64,000 nt of DNA from Haliotis cracherodii (lineage: Eukaryota). The stretch spans positions 54,870,001-54,934,000 of the forward strand of contig NW_027266341.1 in the NCBI RefSeq assembly GCF_022045235.1, written 5' to 3'. Both the position numbers and the translations under genes were made by a program. The notes beneath the pieces were generated by a model. The model was not told the origin of the DNA, did not search any database, and saw only the letters and a list, made by a program, of their open reading frames with translations. Shown in pieces: positions 25,477 to 37,369 of the stretch; the first letter of the stretch is position 1; the number at the start of each line of letters is the position of its first letter.

Positions 25477-25541
25477 GCTTATCTAGGTCGTGGAGTCAAG
25501 GCTTATCTAGGTCGGGGAGTCAAGGCTTATCTAGGTCGGGG
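25477..25541. repeat. 24-bp tandem repeat (~2.7 copies)
   Basis: gcttatctaggtcg(t/g)ggagtcaag. Confidence 0.85.
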
Positions 25542-25684
25542 ATGCCAATAAGGGGACTCGATTTCGTCTTTTCATGACGACACTGTACCTCTACCCCATC
25601 ACCCTCAGATTAAAACATTGAAATGATGATTTTGTATTGGTGCTTATGAACTAGGCAACTATTCCCATGTTGTATGTTTTTCAG

Positions 25685-27850
25685 TGTCTCCCCGTCGCCG
25701 TCGTCGCTTTGTGCGTCGTTGTCGTCTCCAGCATGACCTACAACGACAACTTTGGCTCTGTCGGACAGGTCGGATACGTTGCCTCGGGTCTCAACGACTA
25801 CGGCAAAGGACAATATGAAGGTGCCGATGGTCTTCGTCGTTACGGAAGCAAAAACAGCGCCGCCAATGCCAACAACAAAGCCGCCAACAACTACGCCGCC
25901 CACGGTAACAACTACCACAAGGCTGCTGATCAGGCCAGCGCAAAGGGGGACACCGCCTCCAACTACTACGGCCACAAGAACGCTGCTCACGCTGACAAAG
26001 CCTCCGGTGCTGCCGCTCAGGCCAACAAAGCCAACTATCACGATGCTGCCGCCACAAAGTACGCCAGGAAGGACGACGCCTCCAAAGCTGCTGCCAATAA
26101 CGACTACGCCAACAACAACTACTACCGAAAGGGGAACGTCTACAACACCGGAGTCCACTACGGCTTCGACAAGAAGTACAACAAGAACGCCGATGAGGGC
26201 GGTGACTACGAAATTCTTGATGACAGCAGTGCCCACAACCTCGACGAATACCGTGATAAGAACAAGGCTTACAGCACCGCCAACAGTGACCACGCCGCCA
26301 ACAAATATGCTGCTGATCGCTCCCATGCTCTGAAAGACAGCAAGTACGGTAAAGATGCTAACAAGGCACAATACGGTAACGGTAAATACGGCTCTGCTGC
26401 TAGTCACGCTGCCAAGAACGGTGCTGCCAACAATGGGTATGCCAGTAAACTGAACGAAGCTGCTGGAAGTAACAAATACGACGACAACGCTCACAATGCC
26501 GCTATCAACAAATATGACGAGTTCACCGGCAAGAACGCCCACTACGACAGAAGGAACGCCGCTAATGCCGCTGCACAGGCTGCCCACAACGTTGCCGGAT
26601 ATGGAGGTCTCGCTCATGGTGTCGCTGGTTTCGCTGGCTCTCAAGGTCTTCTTGGCAAGGGAGTAGGATACGGCAAGGGCTACGGTAAGCAGTACGGTCA
26701 GGGATACAACAATGGTTACCTCGGACATGACGCACACAACAATAAATACTACGATGCTGGCGCCCACGGTCAACACGCAAACTACTATGACGGTGCTTCC
26801 AATGCCGCTCTCGCCAAAACCGGAGGATACGGATCCAAACTGGCTGACTCTGGCAAAAGCAAGGCCGGTGCTGCCTATAAGAGAAACGGCTACAACAACG
26901 CTCAAGCCAACGACTACTACAAGTCTGGAGCTGCTGCTGCCAACAACAACGCCTACAGAGTCAACAAGGATGGTGCCGCTGCCAACAACCACGGCTTCAG
27001 TCACGCCGGTGCCGACGCTGCCAGTCTCTATGACAACAAAGCCGCAGCTCACGACAATGCCAACTCTGCTTACGCCAAGGACAACTTCAGACGTAAGTAC
27101 AACGATGCTGCCAAGAAACACCATCTGGTCAAGAAGTTCCACCACCATTCCAACGCCGGCGGCAACAACTACGAGCGTCTCAACTACGACAAGAAGGACT
27201 ACCAGGACAACTTCGGCCAGAACGCCAATGCCGCTAATGCCAACGCAAAGAAATACACTCAAAAACTGTACAAGAACGCCGCCAATGCAGCCGCCTCTAA
27301 CAATGATAAGTCTGCTGCCAACCACGCCAACAAAGCCTCCAACTACTACGATGCTGCCAATGCTGCCAACGGCAACGGTGCTAAGAAATCAAACTACTAC
27401 AACAAAAACGCCGCTGCCTCTACTGGTGCTGCCAACGCTGCTGCCAAATCGAATTATGGTAACTACAACAACGCTGCTGCTGCCAACTTCAAGAGTCTCA
27501 ACAACTACGCCCACAGCCAGTACGGTAACAACGGCCACGCCTACAACGCCGCTCACGGTGGTGCTGCTCATCATGCCGGTGCCGCCCACCACGACGCTCC
27601 CAGCTACGGTTACGGCGTCGGACACGGAATTGGAGGAGCTGGACATGGAGTTGTCGGCCTTGGTCACGGTGTTGGTGGATACGGTAATGGGATCGGCGTC
27701 GGTAAAGGAGTTGTCGGCCTTGGAAAAGGCGTTGGTAGCTTCGGTAATGCTGCAGGCGTTATAAAGGGAGTTTCTAACCTAGGAAATGGATTTGGTGTTG
27801 TGGGAGGGTTCGGCGTCAACACCGGTATGGGGCACTATCCCTACTACTAG
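25685..27850 (+). CDS. Paralog 2 exon 2: secreted Ala/Asn/Gly/Tyr/His-rich protein (723 aa spliced)
   Basis: Acceptor gtttttcag|TGT in frame with ORF 25667-27850; signal peptide; highly similar to paralog 1 with a distinct linker and C-terminus. Confidence 0.93.
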   Translation, partial: CLPVAVVALCVVVVSSMTYNDNFGSVGQVGYVASGLNDYGKGQYEGADGLRRYGSKNSAANANNKAANNYAAHGNNYHKAADQASAKGDTASNYYGHKNAAHADKASGAAAQANKANYHDAAATKYARKDDASKAAANNDYANNNYYRKGNVYNTGVHYGFDKKYNKNADEGGDYEILDDSSAHNLDEYRDKNKAYSTANSDHAANKYAADRSHALKDSKYGKDANKAQYGNGKYGSAASHAAKNGAANNGYASKLNEAAGSNKYDDNAHNAAINKYDEFTGKNAHYDRRNAANAAAQAAHNVAGYGGLAHGVAGFAGSQGLLGKGVGYGKGYGKQYGQGYNNGYLGHDAHNNKYYDAGAHGQHANYYDGASNAALAKTGGYGSKLADSGKSKAGAAYKRNGYNNAQANDYYKSGAAAANNNAYRVNKDGAAANNHGFSHAGADAASLYDNKAAAHDNANSAYAKDNFRRKYNDAAKKHHLVKKFHHHSNAGGNNYERLNYDKKDYQDNFGQNANAANANAKKYTQKLYKNAANAAASNNDKSAANHANKASNYYDAANAANGNGAKKSNYYNKNAAASTGAANAAAKSNYGNYNNAAAANFKSLNNYAHSQYGNNGHAYNAAHGGAAHHAGAAHHDAPSYGYGVGHGIGGAGHGVVGLGHGVGGYGNGIGVGKGVVGLGKGVGSFGNAAGVIKGVSNLGNGFGVVGGFGVNTGMGHYPYY

Positions 27851-28068
27851 AGGCATATAGCCAGTGTGAATGGTTGAAGTTTGAATGATTTTTACCTGAT
27901 TTATTATTTGTTGTGTGTTCCGTGTCTTATACGTATAATGTGTTTTTACGAGCACAATTAACCTTGACAAGTGGGTATTTTGTAATGTGCGTCACGGTTA
28001 CACGCCCTCTATCTACTTCATGTAATAAAAGGCGTAATTTGAGTATAAACCAAATGCATAATTGATAA

Positions 28069-28219
28069 CGGGGTGGTTGGGTAGCCTAGTGGTTAAAGCA
28101 TTCGCTAGTCACGCCGAAGACCCAGGTTCGATTCCCCACATGGGTACAATGTGTAAAGCCCATTTCTGTTGTCCCAAGCCGTTATATTGCTGGTAAACGG
28201 CGTAAAACCATACTCACTA
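28069..28219 (+). mobile_element. SINE family A in the probable 3' UTR of paralog 2
   Basis: gggtagcctagtggttaaagc..ggttcgattccc..actcact; lies between AATAAA at 28024 and the conserved AATAAA at 28389. Confidence 0.82.
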
Positions 28220-28388
28220 TATTAATAACGATTAAAAAAGATATTATTAAGAGTCACCAAGCTGCTTTTGCATTTAAATTCACGAAATTATGTCGACAGT
28301 CCCATGTGTACCTTTCCTTTCTACTAGAATACAGTGTTGTCTTGTTTGTTGCATTGTGATTCATGTCTCACCCTATTCCAATCGTAAG

Positions 28389-28394
28389 AATAAA
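28389..28394 (+). terminator. Probable polyadenylation signal of paralog 2
   Basis: Same ccaatcgtaagAATAAAt context as paralog 1; an alternative AATAAA lies at 28024-28029. Confidence 0.55.
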
Positions 28395-28454
28395 TATTGT
28401 TTCAAAAACATTTTCGTGTGTATTATTCAATTTCACGGATTTACACTGCCACAT

Positions 28455-28635
28455 GGGGGCACGGGTGGCCCAGTCGTCTAAGGCGCCGCGATTCGCTGTG
28501 CAGAGTTTCGTCCCTTGGGCATGCCAGGAACCTATTATTGTGGGTTCGAATCCCGGTTCGCCCCGACTGTGTTTTTAGGTTTGTCAGCACCATACCCGTG
28601 CCGAAGGGTTTCACCGAAGTGGTAAACGTCTGGGA
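28455..28635 (+). mobile_element. SINE family B, 5' part
   Basis: Matches 16827-17010. Confidence 0.8.
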
Positions 28636-28751
28636 GTTAGGATCACCTTAGCGCTTTATGGAGCGTGATCCAGGTGCCAAGTTTTACAGTCAGTGAATGG
28701 GCGGAGCTTTGTCTGATACATCAATAAATCATGGCTATCAAACATTAATCA

Positions 28752-28915
28752 GGGGCGGTCCGGTAGCCGAGTGCTAAAAGTGTTCGCTCGTCACGCCGAC
28801 GACCCTGGTTCAATTCCCGACATGGGTACAATGTGTGAAGCCCATTTCTGGTGTCCCCCGCCGTGATATTGCTAGAATATTGCTAGCGGCGTAAAACCAA
28901 ACTTACTCACTCACT
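28752..28915 (+). mobile_element. Full-length tRNA-Asp-like SINE (family A)
   Basis: tRNA-like head (ctcgtcacgcc..ggttcaattccc), (ACTC)n tail, TSD ttaatcag at 28745-28752 and 28916-28923. Confidence 0.88.
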
Positions 28916-29524
28916 TTAATCAGTTTCTGTGTGCTAGTCCTTCAATATGACTGCGGAATATCTCGATATAAATTAGTCAAATCCAGTATAGATAAGATGA
29001 ATATGCAACTGTATATCAAGCTGAATCCCATATACATGTATGAAATAATGAGAATTATTTTATATAAATAAGAAAAAAATATTAATATCATAGATTACAT
29101 GTATATGTTAGTCTCCAGGTAAGCAGTCAGCATACAATGATATGTGTGTTGTCTAATGGCACAAATAGATACAAGGTTACCATTGAGTACGTCATGATCG
29201 TTGGCATATCGACTACGGGCAAGATGTCAAGCTCATCTTGTGGTACCAAGAAGTAATTAACGTCGACATCAGAGATTTTTAAAACTTTGTTAGACGTCAT
29301 TTCTTTCTAATAATCCGGGCGAAAGTAGAAGTTGGACCCAATAAAAGTCGATACTGCCCTACTTAGGTATATGCCATATGCGGGGAAAAAGACAAAATCT
29401 TTTGTCGACTCACTTATTAGAAATATGTTAAGGCCACGATAAATTAAATCTTGCATCCTCACCGGCTCTCAACTAAAGACACCGCTCACATCATGTCCAC
29501 CAATGTTTTCTTCTAGAATTATTA

Positions 29525-29745
29525 CGTCCCTTGGGCATGCCAGGAACTGATAAATGTGGGATCGAATCCCGGTTCGCCCCGATCATGTTTCTAGGTTTGT
29601 CAGCACCATACCCGTGCCCTAGGGTTTCACCGAAGTGGTAAACGTCTGAGACCTGCATCACTTCAAGCTTTCCTCCCACATTAAGCTCACACGCCGTGAG
29701 ATTACTGGAATACCGCTCAAGCGGCTTTAAACCCAACTCACTCAC
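29525..29745 (+). mobile_element. SINE family B, 5'-truncated
   Basis: Matches 16880-17111. Confidence 0.8.
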
Positions 29746-31065
29746 GTACTTCTGTACTGTAAATGGGTGAAAATCTAATCATTTATTTATTGTGGCCGTA
29801 GGTGTTGAACCGTACTGAGTCTTATCATATGCATTTTTTAATGGGCGGCGTGCAATATTTATGTTTTACATAGTCATATTGCAGGTAGTTTAAGAAGTTG
29901 ACAAATTGATAATGTTTCGATAAGAGCTGCAATTACACGTCACGAGATAAGGTCCGGATTGACACGAATAATCTGAATAATCAGTCCTAAAAAGGTGCAT
30001 TTAACGTATAAAAGTAAACTACCGGGCAAAAGAAAGTTTACACCCATGTTTGATGGTGGCTTAAAATGTTAAAATGAAACAAACAAGAAATTTGATGATA
30101 CATTAATAATATATTTGATACGGGTATCATGGTTGTGTTTTGGAAGGAAAGTTTGCAACTTTTCGGCGACTGTTTTCAGCATAGTAACGTTTTGTTAACG
30201 TTTGAAATGTTTTGGGAAAATCCATTTTTCAAGTGTTTACTTTCTGAAAGCCATTATCCACACAGGTAGAATGTGAATTTAACAATGTATCAGTTTAATT
30301 CTTTAAACATTAAACAAATGTACACTCTTCAGGATGCTGCATATAATGACATCAACACGCTGTAAATTTTTAAAGATAAAACATCACAAAATGATGATTA
30401 TAGCAAGAACCGAACTTGTTTTCGCTGGCAAGTGAGTGAGTGAGTGAGTATGTTTTACTCCGCTCTTAGCAATATTCCAGCAATATGGCGGCGAGGGCAA
30501 AAGAGGTGGGGAAACGTGAAATGGGATTTAACGTCAAAATACGTGAAATGGGATTTAACGTCAAATCAATGTTACTGCACTTCTACATCTTTCTACAGAT
30601 GAGTGTCGCTATTGAGTGACTAGTCCAGAATAATGCTAGTTTTATAGTGCTAACCCCCGAGATACCATGCCGCAGTTTAACATGGATACCCCATTCACAC
30701 ACACATTATGCTGTTTCCGAGCAGGCTCTACCTTGTTTTCTCACCTTAATGGCGAACGTTAGGCAGGGTAACAACAAGTACCATCTTGGACATCGTATAC
30801 TGTACCAAATGTGGTGAATCTACTTTGGTCCTTGGTGTCAGTTAACGGCGTTAACCACAAGACCACCCCAACGCTATGTTTCCGGTCTTAAGTTGCAGGA
30901 CATATTAAGCTCAAACTCTTTCATTTTGTCTTTCATATATCATTTATAATTTTTCACTAAATGACTCGAATTGTTTTCAACGTATTGTTTACTGTTTTGG
31001 TTATTAATGCGTTTTTGTGTGCGGGTGTATTTAGGAAAAGTGGATTCGCAATAAAAACAGTGAAC

Positions 31066-31500
31066 CATTATCATTATTATTATCATCATCATCATCATCA
31101 TTATTATAATTATAGACCATTTATATTGTGCACATTTCAACACAGGGGCATATGCTCAAAGCGCTATTATTACCCCGGTCACTGAATTAGCCTGCACTCA
31201 AGAATCGTTATCAGCTCCCTGGGAAAATAGAGGATAGAAAGTTAACAACCACATTGCAATCTCATCCTACCGGGTACCCATTCACTGCTAGGTGAACAGA
31301 GGCACATTTCGAACACAGACGCTTGCCCAAGGAGACGCCAAATGTGTTACACTTGCTTCAGTGCTGGGCAGGACCGAAGCCCTAGAAACTTTCAGGCGCC
31401 AAGCTGCCGAAATGCGGTCACCCATCCAAGGTCTGGACCGATGTTGTTTAACTTCACCTGATTTTGTGACCTGTGCGCTGTGCACAGGACCGCGTGTCAC
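31066..31500 (-). mobile_element. 5S rRNA-derived SINE (SINE3) with Deu/Nin-like core and L2-type tail
   Basis: Minus strand reads gaagttaaacaacatcg..ttggatgggtgaccgc (5S A and C boxes), ctctgttcacctagcagtgaatgggtacc (Deu/Nin-like), agcgctttgag..aatataaat, then a (TAA/TGA)n tail. Confidence 0.72.
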
Positions 31501-32290
31501 CACATATGAAAACAGTGTGCTCAGTAAAGTTCACATATCTCACTGCAATTGTATACCACTTCACGTAAGGGTTGGGACTCAAATGTGTGGAACCAAGAAA
31601 AGACTAGATATATCTGATCTGAGGTACAGCATTCAAGGCCTTCCAACAGCTTTCAAAAAGTGGTATGGTAGAGACATGTGGGCGACATTTCCAAATTTGA
31701 CGCATCGGTGACCAAATTGATGTGCGATACTATTCCCTATTCCATATATCAAAATGTTATTTTAAAGGTACACGCTTAACTTGCCCTTGCATGTGTTTGT
31801 GACTGGTGACACTATTTGATAATGTTCCATAAAACACATGCTCATGATATAGTCGAAATTGTACAGTGGAGATTTTTTATGCTAATGGAAATGTTGATTT
31901 TAGTAACTTTAATGAAACTTTATACGAACATTTCGAGGCCAGTGCATGTTGTTTGGGACATGTGCCCACGGCGGGGCAGGATACGCTGACTTTTACGCGA
32001 AAGATTTGGTATCGTCACTATTGATAATAATTAATAAAAACATGCTCAAGATATATAGTCGGATTTACGATCATGCAAATGTTTTTTTCGCTTTAATATA
32101 TGTCCATGTTTGAATCGTAACTGTGTACTCCAGCACTGTGCAAGGTAAACAGGCATATAACGATCGGTAACATGTCTCAATGACACTTCGCAATCTGAGA
32201 ACGTGAAGTGCATTTATATTTCGAGGAATGTGTTCTTTTCGTGAAAATGCGATTCTAAGCTATCCGTTAACTCCTCTTAGTCTGAGGAAA

Positions 32291-32447
32291 TGAGTGTGTG
32301 AGTATGGTATATACGCCTTTTTTTATTAATAATCCAACTTTAGGACACAAGAAATGGGCTTCAGGCAGTGTACCCATGTGGGGAATCGAACCTGGACCTT
32401 AGGCGTGATGAGTGAATAGTTTAACCACTAGGCTACCCACCGCCCCC
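32291..32447 (-). mobile_element. SINE family A
   Basis: Reverse match; equivalent position to the 41827-42141 copy in the duplicated block. Confidence 0.78.
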
Positions 32448-32925
32448 TAAGGCTCGGTTCCCTATCCTATTGCAAATAGCTCATGAATCATCCTTCAATT
32501 GGCCATCTGTAGTCCCTTTGTATGCTCAAAATATAAACGATTCTTTGACAAATTTACGGACGGGTGAAACCATAATGAAAGACGGTTGTTATATGAAAAG
32601 TAAGAAGGTTACTTTTTCTCTATTCCAATGGACTTTGAAGAACCCGGGAAGAAAATCTGTTTTCAAAATCTGAATTGGGCAGGCGGATCCGTGAATCAAT
32701 TAAGCACAAAGAACGATTTTTCACATTCGGGTGAACATGTTGACACGATCATACAATCAGCTACGGACGTATTTGAGTCTTCAACAGATTGTTCCAATTG
32801 GTAATTATGGATGTATTGGTTTCCAGTATTCAACCAAACTACTGTTCACAAAACAATTAAATTTATATATTAACTTGGTTTCTTTGAAAATAGAACAATA
32901 CATTCATCCTTCTGTTAAGAAAGTA

Positions 32926-32931
32926 TTTATT
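32926..32931 (-). terminator. Candidate polyadenylation signal of paralog 3
   Basis: AATAAA on the minus strand ~510 bp after the stop, conserved in paralog 4 (42642-42647). Confidence 0.5.
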
Positions 32932-33442
32932 GGAAATAGTAAAAAAGGACACTTCTACACAAAGAAATGCACAAGGATCTGGAGTTGTCATGAAGTAAGC
33001 AGAGTTGGTTATGTATGTTAACATCATGCGATTTAGTCGATTATCAATACATATAAATGGACATCTAGTAAACGGATTGATAAAAAATCAAGACTCTTTT
33101 CATGTTATCGTTAAGACATTATTCATCATGACGTTTCTATGGTCAAATACCAGCTAGGAGACCATCAATTTTACATGCCCTAAAAACAATTTTCAAAAGA
33201 AATAATTTTCATCATTACAAGAAAACAGCAATTTACTTTGTTGGATCAGTATGCAATCGCTACAAATACATTTTTGTGAAATGAAATCTTCTTATCGACT
33301 ATAAAAAATAAAAAGAGCACATATTTCAGTTATTTTTACTTCATGACATCTTCAGGTTCAAACACATATCTTTACACACAACGTTGATCATTTACACTTT
33401 CAATATCAAAGTCTCTCTCACACAGTAACCCATTTATAACCT

Positions 33443-35605
33443 TTACCCGTAGTAAGAGTACTGGTTATAACCTCCAAAGCCTTGACCAACACCAAAGCCT
33501 CTTCCAAGGCCGACAACTCCTCTACCGACGCCGACGCCATTACCGTTACCGAAGCCGCCAACACCGTGACCAAGACCGACAACTCCTTTACCGACGCCAT
33601 TACCGTATCCACCAACACCGTGACCAAGACCGACAACTCCATGTCCAACTCCTCCAATTCCGTGTCCGACGCCGTAACCGTAGCTAGGAGCGCCGTGGTG
33701 GGCGGCACCGGCATGGTGAGCAGCACCACCGTGAGCGGCGTTGTAGGCGTGGCCGGTGTTACCGTACTGTTTGTTGGAGTAGTCGTTGAGACTCTTGGCA
33801 TTTGTAGCAGCAGCGTTGTTGTGGTTGTCATAATAAGATTTGGCAGCAGCGTTGGCAGCACCAGCAGAGGCAGCGGCGTTTTTGTTGTAGTAGTTGGATT
33901 TCTTAGCACCGTTGCCGTTGGCAGCATTAGCAGCATCGTAGTAGTTGGAGGCTTTGTTGGCGTGGTTGGCAGCATATTTGTCATTGTCATGGGCAGCAGC
34001 ATTGGCGGCGTTCTGGTAGAGATTCTGGGTTGTTTTCTTGGTGTTGGCATGAGCGGCATTGGCGTTCTGTCCGAAGTTGTCCTGGTAGTCCTTCTTGTCG
34101 TAGTTGAGACGCTCGTAGTTGTTGCCGCCGGCGTTGGAATGATGGTGGAACTTCTTGACCAGATGGTGTTTCTTGGCAGCATCGTTGTACTTACGTCTGA
34201 AGTTGTCCTTGGCGAAAGCAGAGTTGGCATTGTCGTGAGCTGCGGCTTTGTTGTCATAGAGACTGGCAGCGTCAGCACCGGCGTGACTGAAGCCGTGGTT
34301 GTTGGCAGCGGCACCGTCCTTGTTGACTCTGTAGGCGTTGTTGTTGGCAGCAGCAGCTCCAGACTTGTAGTAGTCGTTGGCATGAGCGTTGTTGTAGCCG
34401 TTTCTCTTATAGGCAGCGTCGGCCTTGTTTCTGCTAGACTCACCCAGTTTGGATCCGTATCCTCCGGTTTTGGCGAGAGCGGCATTGGCAGCACCGTCAT
34501 AGTAGTTTGCATGTTGACCTTGGGCGCCAGCATCGTAGTATTTGTTGTTGTGTGCGTCATGTCCGAGGTAACCATTGTTGTATCCCTGGCCATACTGCTT
34601 ACCGTAGCCCTTACCGTATCCTACTCCAGATACACCCAGAGAACCAGCGACACCACCGACACCGTGGCCACCATGAGCGAGACCTCCATATCCGGCAACG
34701 TTGTGGGCAGCCTGTGCAGCGGCATTAGCAGCGTTCCTGCTGTCGTAGTAGGCGTTCCTGCCGGCGAACTCATCATGTTTGTTGATGGCAGCATCGTGAG
34801 CGTTGGCGGAGTATTTGTTGCTTCCGGCTGCTTCGTTCAGTTTGCTGTCGTAGCCGTGGTTGGCAGCACCGTTCTTGGCAGCTTGACTAACAGCAGAGCC
34901 GTATTTACCGTTACCGTATTGAGCCTTGTAAGCGCCTTTACCGTACTTGCTGTCTTTCAGAGCATGGGAGCGATCAGCAGCATACTTGTTGGCGGCGTGG
35001 TCACTGTTGGCGGTGCTGTAAGCCTTGTTCTTATCTTCATATTCGTCGAGGTTGTGGGCGCTGCTGTCATCAAGAATTTCGTAGTCCCCGCCCTCATCGG
35101 CGTTCTTGTTGTACTTCTTGTCGAAGCCGTAGTGGACTCCGGTGTTGAAGACGTTCCCCTTTCGGTAGTAGTTGTTGTTGGCGTAGTCGTTGTTGGCAGC
35201 AGCTTTGGAGGCGGCGTCCTTTCTGGCGTAGTTTGCGGCGGCAGCATCGTGGTAGTTGGCTTTGTTGGCCTGAGCGGCTGCACCGGTAGCTTTGTCAGCG
35301 TGAGCAGCGTTCTTGTGGCCGTAGTAGTTGGAGGCGGTGTCCCCCTTAGCGCTGGCCTGATCAGCAGCTTTGTGGTAGTTGTTACCGTGGGCGGCGTAGT
35401 TGTTGGCGGCTTTGTTGTTGGCATTGGCGGCGCTGTTTTTGCTGCCGTAACGACGAAGACCCTCGGCGCCTTCATATTGCCCTTTGCCGTAGTCGTTGAG
35501 ACCCGAGGCAACGTGGCCGACCTGTCCGACAGAGCCAAAGTTGTTGTTGAAGGACATGCTGGAGACGACAACGACGCACAAAGCGACGACGGCGACGGGG
35601 AGACA
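33443..35605 (-). CDS. Paralog 3 exon 2: secreted Ala/Asn/Gly/Tyr/His-rich protein (722 aa spliced)
   Basis: Acceptor gtgttttttcag|TGT in frame with ORF 33443-35749; the ORF's poly-Leu start is an intronic (CTA)n run. Confidence 0.93.
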   Translation of the reverse strand, partial: CLPVAVVALCVVVVSSMSFNNNFGSVGQVGHVASGLNDYGKGQYEGAEGLRRYGSKNSAANANNKAANNYAAHGNNYHKAADQASAKGDTASNYYGHKNAAHADKATGAAAQANKANYHDAAAANYARKDAASKAAANNDYANNNYYRKGNVFNTGVHYGFDKKYNKNADEGGDYEILDDSSAHNLDEYEDKNKAYSTANSDHAANKYAADRSHALKDSKYGKGAYKAQYGNGKYGSAVSQAAKNGAANHGYDSKLNEAAGSNKYSANAHDAAINKHDEFAGRNAYYDSRNAANAAAQAAHNVAGYGGLAHGGHGVGGVAGSLGVSGVGYGKGYGKQYGQGYNNGYLGHDAHNNKYYDAGAQGQHANYYDGAANAALAKTGGYGSKLGESSRNKADAAYKRNGYNNAHANDYYKSGAAAANNNAYRVNKDGAAANNHGFSHAGADAASLYDNKAAAHDNANSAFAKDNFRRKYNDAAKKHHLVKKFHHHSNAGGNNYERLNYDKKDYQDNFGQNANAAHANTKKTTQNLYQNAANAAAHDNDKYAANHANKASNYYDAANAANGNGAKKSNYYNKNAAASAGAANAAAKSYYDNHNNAAATNAKSLNDYSNKQYGNTGHAYNAAHGGAAHHAGAAHHGAPSYGYGVGHGIGGVGHGVVGLGHGVGGYGNGVGKGVVGLGHGVGGFGNGNGVGVGRGVVGLGRGFGVGQGFGGYNQYSYYG

Positions 35606-35631
35606 CTGAAAAAACACAGATTGTTTATGTT

Positions 35632-35639
35632 GTAGTAGC

Positions 35640-35715
<76 letters not shown>
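35632..35715. repeat. (TAG/CTA)n microsatellite next to the paralog 3 splice acceptor
   Basis: Roughly 27 triplets; only ~6 at the equivalent site in paralog 4 (45467-45486). Confidence 0.95.
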
Positions 35716-36306
35716 ATATTTTTTTAATTGATGTTTTACTCGACCCCACCTCAAAATAACTGCAAACATATGTCTATTGACTTTCTAATGCTTGCTTTTA
35801 TTTCATAACATTAATTTCGTCAACTTTTTATTTCATAAATGTCCCTTAATTCACTTAAATATTGTTATCGTTAACACCTTAAAGCTATATATATATATAT
35901 ACATACACAAAGTTACGCTTCAGTCGCCACGGACATTGCACTGATGACATAAACGTCCTATTTTAATTCTATAACATTATTCCAACATATTTTCCTTTAC
36001 TTATTACATGTAACTTGATACGGGTTTTATTTATCCACTTCATGAAGAATTGCATTGCTAAATCGTTCAACATTTCGTTAACTGTTTTTCATGTTCATCA
36101 AACGCATTTTTGTCAAATTTGTCAGAGTTTCTTCAATATATCAACTTTAAACAAGCTCATTCGTGTCAAATTATTTTCCGTTTCTAACTTAAACATACAA
36201 AGCAAATGCAAAAACTCTTTCGTTTCTTACTTAAAACCACAAATCATGCAATCACGCAAAATCCTATTTCGCTTCTTACTTCAAGACAGATGTAAAAGTG
36301 TCTTAC

Positions 36307-36312
36307 CTGCAT
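36307..36312 (-). CDS. Paralog 3 coding exon 1 (Met-Gln)
   Basis: Minus strand cagtATGCAG|gtaaga; TATAAG at 36386-36391. Confidence 0.85.
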
Positions 36313-36560
36313 ACTGACTGTTGCCTGTCTGTGTCCGTGTCTGATGAAGAGCCGACTGTTCTGCTGTCTCGCTGTATCAACCCTGCTTATAAACCATCGT
36401 CTTCATCGCCATAAAATTTAACTGGGTCATAACAAGGGATCACACCGCGACCAGCTTCTTTAATCAAACAGTGGCGGCTCCGTCGTTAAACCTAGACCGT
36501 GTGGGGACGGTGGGGGTAGATAGTCGCGTTACCTCACTCTCCCCGGGGGTAGGGACACTA
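36313..36560 (-). promoter_or_regulatory. 5' UTR and proximal promoter of paralog 3
   Basis: TATAAG, GTTAAATTTTATGG and TGAGGTAAC motifs positionally shared with paralogs 1 and 2; near-identical to paralog 4. Confidence 0.75.
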
Positions 36561-36847
36561 AGAGGGACATGGTATACATATTCATACACATTGGCTTTTA
36601 ATGACAGATTAGTAATAACCATTAACTGTTTCAATATATATCCGTATATCGGATTCGATTTACGATTCCGACTATAAAAGTTTATTCCACAATTATAGCC
36701 TTTTTTAATCAACCAATATCCACGTACTCCATCAGTTATGGTATTGCAGTAACTATTATTTTGTATATGTATACTATATGTACTATATATATATACATAC
36801 ATATATATCATTATATGCTCTACTTTGTATTGAGCACTCTCTTCTGC

Positions 36848-37317
36848 NNNNNNNNNNNNNNNNNNNNNNNNNNNNNNNNNNNNNNNNNNNNNNNNNNNNN
36901 NNNNNNNNNNNNNNNNNNNNNNNNNNNNNNNNNNNNNNNNNNNNNNNNNNNNNNNNNNNNNNNNNNNNNNNNNNNNNNNNNNNNNNNNNNNNNNNNNNNN
37001 NNNNNNNNNNNNNNNNNNNNNNNNNNNNNNNNNNNNNNNNNNNNNNNNNNNNNNNNNNNNNNNNNNNNNNNNNNNNNNNNNNNNNNNNNNNNNNNNNNNN
37101 NNNNNNNNNNNNNNNNNNNNNNNNNNNNNNNNNNNNNNNNNNNNNNNNNNNNNNNNNNNNNNNNNNNNNNNNNNNNNNNNNNNNNNNNNNNNNNNNNNNN
37201 NNNNNNNNNNNNNNNNNNNNNNNNNNNNNNNNNNNNNNNNNNNNNNNNNNNNNNNNNNNNNNNNNNNNNNNNNNNNNNNNNNNNNNNNNNNNNNNNNNNN
37301 NNNNNNNNNNNNNNNNN
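36848..37317. other. Assembly gap
   Basis: Run of N. Confidence 1.
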
Positions 37318-37369
37318 GTTTCCTGACAAGTAGTTTGTTCAAGTCGATGTGGGTTATCAGTATTTTGAT

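Noticed and set aside
28752-28830. tRNA-Asp gene and other tRNA-like heads; 5S rRNA gene near 31420-31470
   Set aside because: Heads are fused to SINE bodies and tails, many with TSDs, and are too degenerate to be functional RNA genes.
35606-35769. Poly-Leu or poly-Tyr N-terminal extension
   Set aside because: Translation of an intronic (CTA)n microsatellite.
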